Of a stretch of 31,128 nucleotides of DNA, positions 28,514 through 31,128 are shown in pieces. Origin of the DNA: Promethearchaeota archaeon (GTDB taxonomy: Archaea > Asgardarchaeota > Lokiarchaeia > Sigyniarchaeales > SOKP01); contig SHMW01000050.1 of assembly GCA_008080735.1 (NCBI GenBank), forward strand, positions 1 to 31,128. The letters are read 5' to 3'. The position numbers and the translations under genes were made by a program. The notes under the pieces are model-generated. The model did not search any database. It had not been told where the DNA came from and worked only from the letters and a program-made list of their open reading frames with translations. The first letter of the stretch is position 1. Every line of letters begins with the position of its first letter.

Positions 28514-29698
28514 TTAAAGAACATCTTCCACACGTTCAAGGGCTTCTTTTATTCGATCAATTGGTTGTGTCAAAGCAAACCGTACAAATCCTTCTCCAAA
28601 TTTACCGAATCCAATTCCTGGCGTAATAATTACTCCCACATCAATTAATTTTTTGACAAATTCCATGCTATCCCTTTCTTCAGTTGGAACCTCGGTCCAC
28701 ACATAAAAAGTTGCTTGCGGTTTCTCAGTTTTCCAACCGATTTTATTTAATCCCTTGATAAGCACATCTCTTCGTTTTTCATAAATATCAATATTCTTTT
28801 GGATAATCGAAGGCTTTTTCCTATCCTTATACTGCTGTAATCCCTTTATGACTGCTTTTTGGATGAAGATAGGGCACCCTGAATCTATTTGAGACTTAAC
28901 TTTTCTCAATCCCTCTATGAGATGAGAATTTCCAGCCGCCCATCCACATCGAAATCCCGTCATACAAAACATTTTGGAGGCGCTATTTATTTCGATATGC
29001 TCTTGACTAATTTCTAATAGAGAGGGGGCAATATAATCTTCATAGGTAAATTCAGAATATGGATTATCATATACAATAAAGAATTTATAATCTTCCGCAT
29101 AATCAACGGCTTTCTTGAGATATTCTTTCGGAGCAATTGCACCTGTAGGATTATTTGGATAATTTAAATACATCATTTTTGCCTTCTTTAAGACGTCTGT
29201 GTCTATTGCTTCTAAATCTGGCAAGAAATCATGATCCTTCATTAACGGCATTAAATGTGGGATCCCATCACACAATTTAGTCGCTCCATTGGCATAGACG
29301 GGGTATCCTGGATTAGGACAAAGAACAATATCTCCTGGATTAATGAATGCCCGGGCAATATTCGCAACTCCTTCTTTCCCTCCGATTACGTTGGTAATTT
29401 CAGTTTCCATATCAAATTCTAAACCAAATCGAGTCTTATACCAGCGAGCTACTTCACTTCTAAAATCCTCCTCTCCCATACTTGTAGGATAATTCTGATT
29501 AACTGGGATTTTAACTTGATTAATCAACTCATCGACTATGATTTTTGGAGCTGTTAAATCGGGATCCCCAATTCCTAAAGGAATAAAATCTACGCCTTCT
29601 TTTTTCTTTTGCGCTTTCAGTTCCTCTATCGCAGCAAAAATATATTTTGGTAAACGACCAATCCTTTCTGCATACTCTATTTGAATCTTTAACACCAA
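28514..29698 (-). CDS. PLP-dependent class I/II aminotransferase (LL-diaminopimelate aminotransferase-like)
   Basis: LGIGDPD, GGKEG, PGYPVY, NYPNNPTG, DNPYSE, SASKMFCMTGFRCG (PLP Lys), TPGIGFGKFGEGFVRFAL. Confidence 0.9.
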   Translation of the reverse strand: MVLKIQIEYAERIGRLPKYIFAAIEELKAQKKKEGVDFIPLGIGDPDLTAPKIIVDELINQVKIPVNQNYPTSMGEEDFRSEVARWYKTRFGLEFDMETEITNVIGGKEGVANIARAFINPGDIVLCPNPGYPVYANGATKLCDGIPHLMPLMKDHDFLPDLEAIDTDVLKKAKMMYLNYPNNPTGAIAPKEYLKKAVDYAEDYKFFIVYDNPYSEFTYEDYIAPSLLEISQEHIEINSASKMFCMTGFRCGWAAGNSHLIEGLRKVKSQIDSGCPIFIQKAVIKGLQQYKDRKKPSIIQKNIDIYEKRRDVLIKGLNKIGWKTEKPQATFYVWTEVPTEERDSMEFVKKLIDVGVIITPGIGFGKFGEGFVRFALTQPIDRIKEALERVEDVL

Positions 29699-29876
29699 TA
29701 TTTTCTAAATATTTGAAGAAATGTAAGATACATCATTAAAAAAATGATAAAAATCTTTCGATAAATAAACTAAAAGTACTTGACGTTATTCAATCTGAAC
29801 AATTTTATCAGATAAAATAAGTATAAGAAGGAAAAAAAAGAAGATTATAATGTTAAATCGATTTTTGCACTAATGT

Positions 29877-31128
29877 TTAATCTAGTTTTCCGATTTTATC
29901 GGGTAATTCATATTCTTCTTCTGGCATGATTAAAAATGGAATAACTCCAATATTTGAAGTTAATGCTAAGAAGATGAATAGAACTCCAAATATAAATACA
30001 ACTTCTGAACCTTCTAATACACCGAGAATTATATTCGTGAATATTAGACCAATAACCGTTCCTATATTCGCAAATGAATTACAGGTCGCATAATAAGTAC
30101 TATCTACCTCAGGGTATTGGGTTGAAATTTGTCCGATTACAGCAGAGAACCCGCTATTCCTCCAGCCATTAGTAGAACCCACTATAAGCGCAAAAATCAA
30201 CAGTATCCAGAAAGGTGCTTGAATTAAGAACAATAATAACGCAATCGTGGTGATTATTAAAGATGTATACACGCTTAGTTTACGAGATTTTAGATCTGCA
30301 ATATACCCTCCTATCACCGCTCCAATAATTACGCCCAGACCAATGATTAAATTAATGATAGCATTTGTTCCGTAAAGCACTTGATCTTCAATTCCCTCTT
30401 CAATTGCTCCAGTACTGATTTCACCGCCAACAAAATTAAGAAAACCTCCTTGGAAAAGGATATACAGAGCGATAAACAAAAAAATAACTCCATCTACGAA
30501 TGCGTTAAATAATGCAAAAGAAAACACAGTCCAATTTTTCTTTTTCCCGAAAACAGTTTTCAGATTTTCTTTTACTCGTACATTTTCAATAGTTCTTATT
30601 TCTTCTACAAGTAACACTAAAAAAGAGGTTGCGATCACCACAATTCCATATCCGACAAAAATCCATTCGATATTAATTCCTGATACATAAAATACTAATA
30701 CCAACAATGGACCTCCCGCGATTATCCCTACAGACCGAAATCCCCAACAAATTCCTTGTACCCTGCCAAGTTGCTTCTTAGGGCAATTATCAAGAATTAA
30801 TCCATCAATTGCCGTATCCGCCATCGCTATTCCAAGATAAATTAATAATCCTCCGATGGCAAATAGAGTTAAAACAATATTTGGATTAATTGCCACAATT
30901 AAAGGTATTATTATCCATACTATTCCCGCCATAGTTAGTGGTCCAATAATCCAAGGTTTTCTCCGTCCTAATTTTCTAAAGGAATATTTATCACTCAATA
31001 TTCCATATATAAATTTTACCGCAAAAGGCAGTAATACTATTGTACCTAATGTAGCTATGTCTGTAGCTTCTAACACATCTAATTGGATAATAACATATAA
31101 CGGAACAATTGTAGTGAATAAACTCTGA
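29877..31128 (-). CDS. MFS transporter, AmpG/acetyl-CoA transporter-like (5' end beyond the window)
   Basis: PFAVKFIYGILSD, GRRKPWI, DTAIDGL, GGYIADLKSRK. The frame stays open upstream of GTG 31076 to the window edge (QSLFTTIVPLYVIIQLD). Confidence 0.85.
   Translation of the reverse strand, partial: QSLFTTIVPLYVIIQLDVLEATDIATLGTIVLLPFAVKFIYGILSDKYSFRKLGRRKPWIIGPLTMAGIVWIIIPLIVAINPNIVLTLFAIGGLLIYLGIAMADTAIDGLILDNCPKKQLGRVQGICWGFRSVGIIAGGPLLVLVFYVSGINIEWIFVGYGIVVIATSFLVLLVEEIRTIENVRVKENLKTVFGKKKNWTVFSFALFNAFVDGVIFLFIALYILFQGGFLNFVGGEISTGAIEEGIEDQVLYGTNAIINLIIGLGVIIGAVIGGYIADLKSRKLSVYTSLIITTIALLLFLIQAPFWILLIFALIVGSTNGWRNSGFSAVIGQISTQYPEVDSTYYATCNSFANIGTVIGLIFTNIILGVLEGSEVVFIFGVLFIFLALTSNIGVIPFLIMPEEEYELPDKIGKLD

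Noticed and set aside
1-31128. CRISPR arrays, tRNA/rRNA genes, transposases
   Set aside because: No regularly spaced repeats, cloverleaf or rRNA-like GC-rich tracts, or transposase motifs were seen.

Overview
AT-rich archaeal DNA, most likely an Asgard archaeon of the Lokiarchaeia/Promethearchaeota type. This is inferred from a stand-alone longin-like protein, a PolB2 cluster, tandem acyl-CoA ligases and a soluble multi-PAS histidine kinase. Left to right: two long-chain acyl-CoA ligases; an rnfD-rnfC pair without other rnf genes; a split PolB2 DNA-damage locus (inactivated RadA paralogue, then two opposite-strand genes for a longin-like and a DUF3795 protein, then a small partner gene and polB2); an unannotated 54-aa ORF; a 5-PAS histidine kinase; an adenine deaminase-like enzyme; a 2804-aa almost entirely hydrophobic membrane protein; a GH4 glycosidase; a class I/II aminotransferase; and a 5'-truncated AmpG-like MFS transporter. 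The most unusual element lies in the apparently empty gap at ~27590-28004. It contains a TATA box, a probably leaderless 28-aa peptide ending in six Val codons, a cascade of mutually exclusive RNA helices, and a hairpin that sequesters the Shine-Dalgarno site of a 45-aa ORF. This has the architecture of a ribosome-controlled translational attenuator. All calls come from reading motifs and base-pairing by eye; no searches or folding programs were run.
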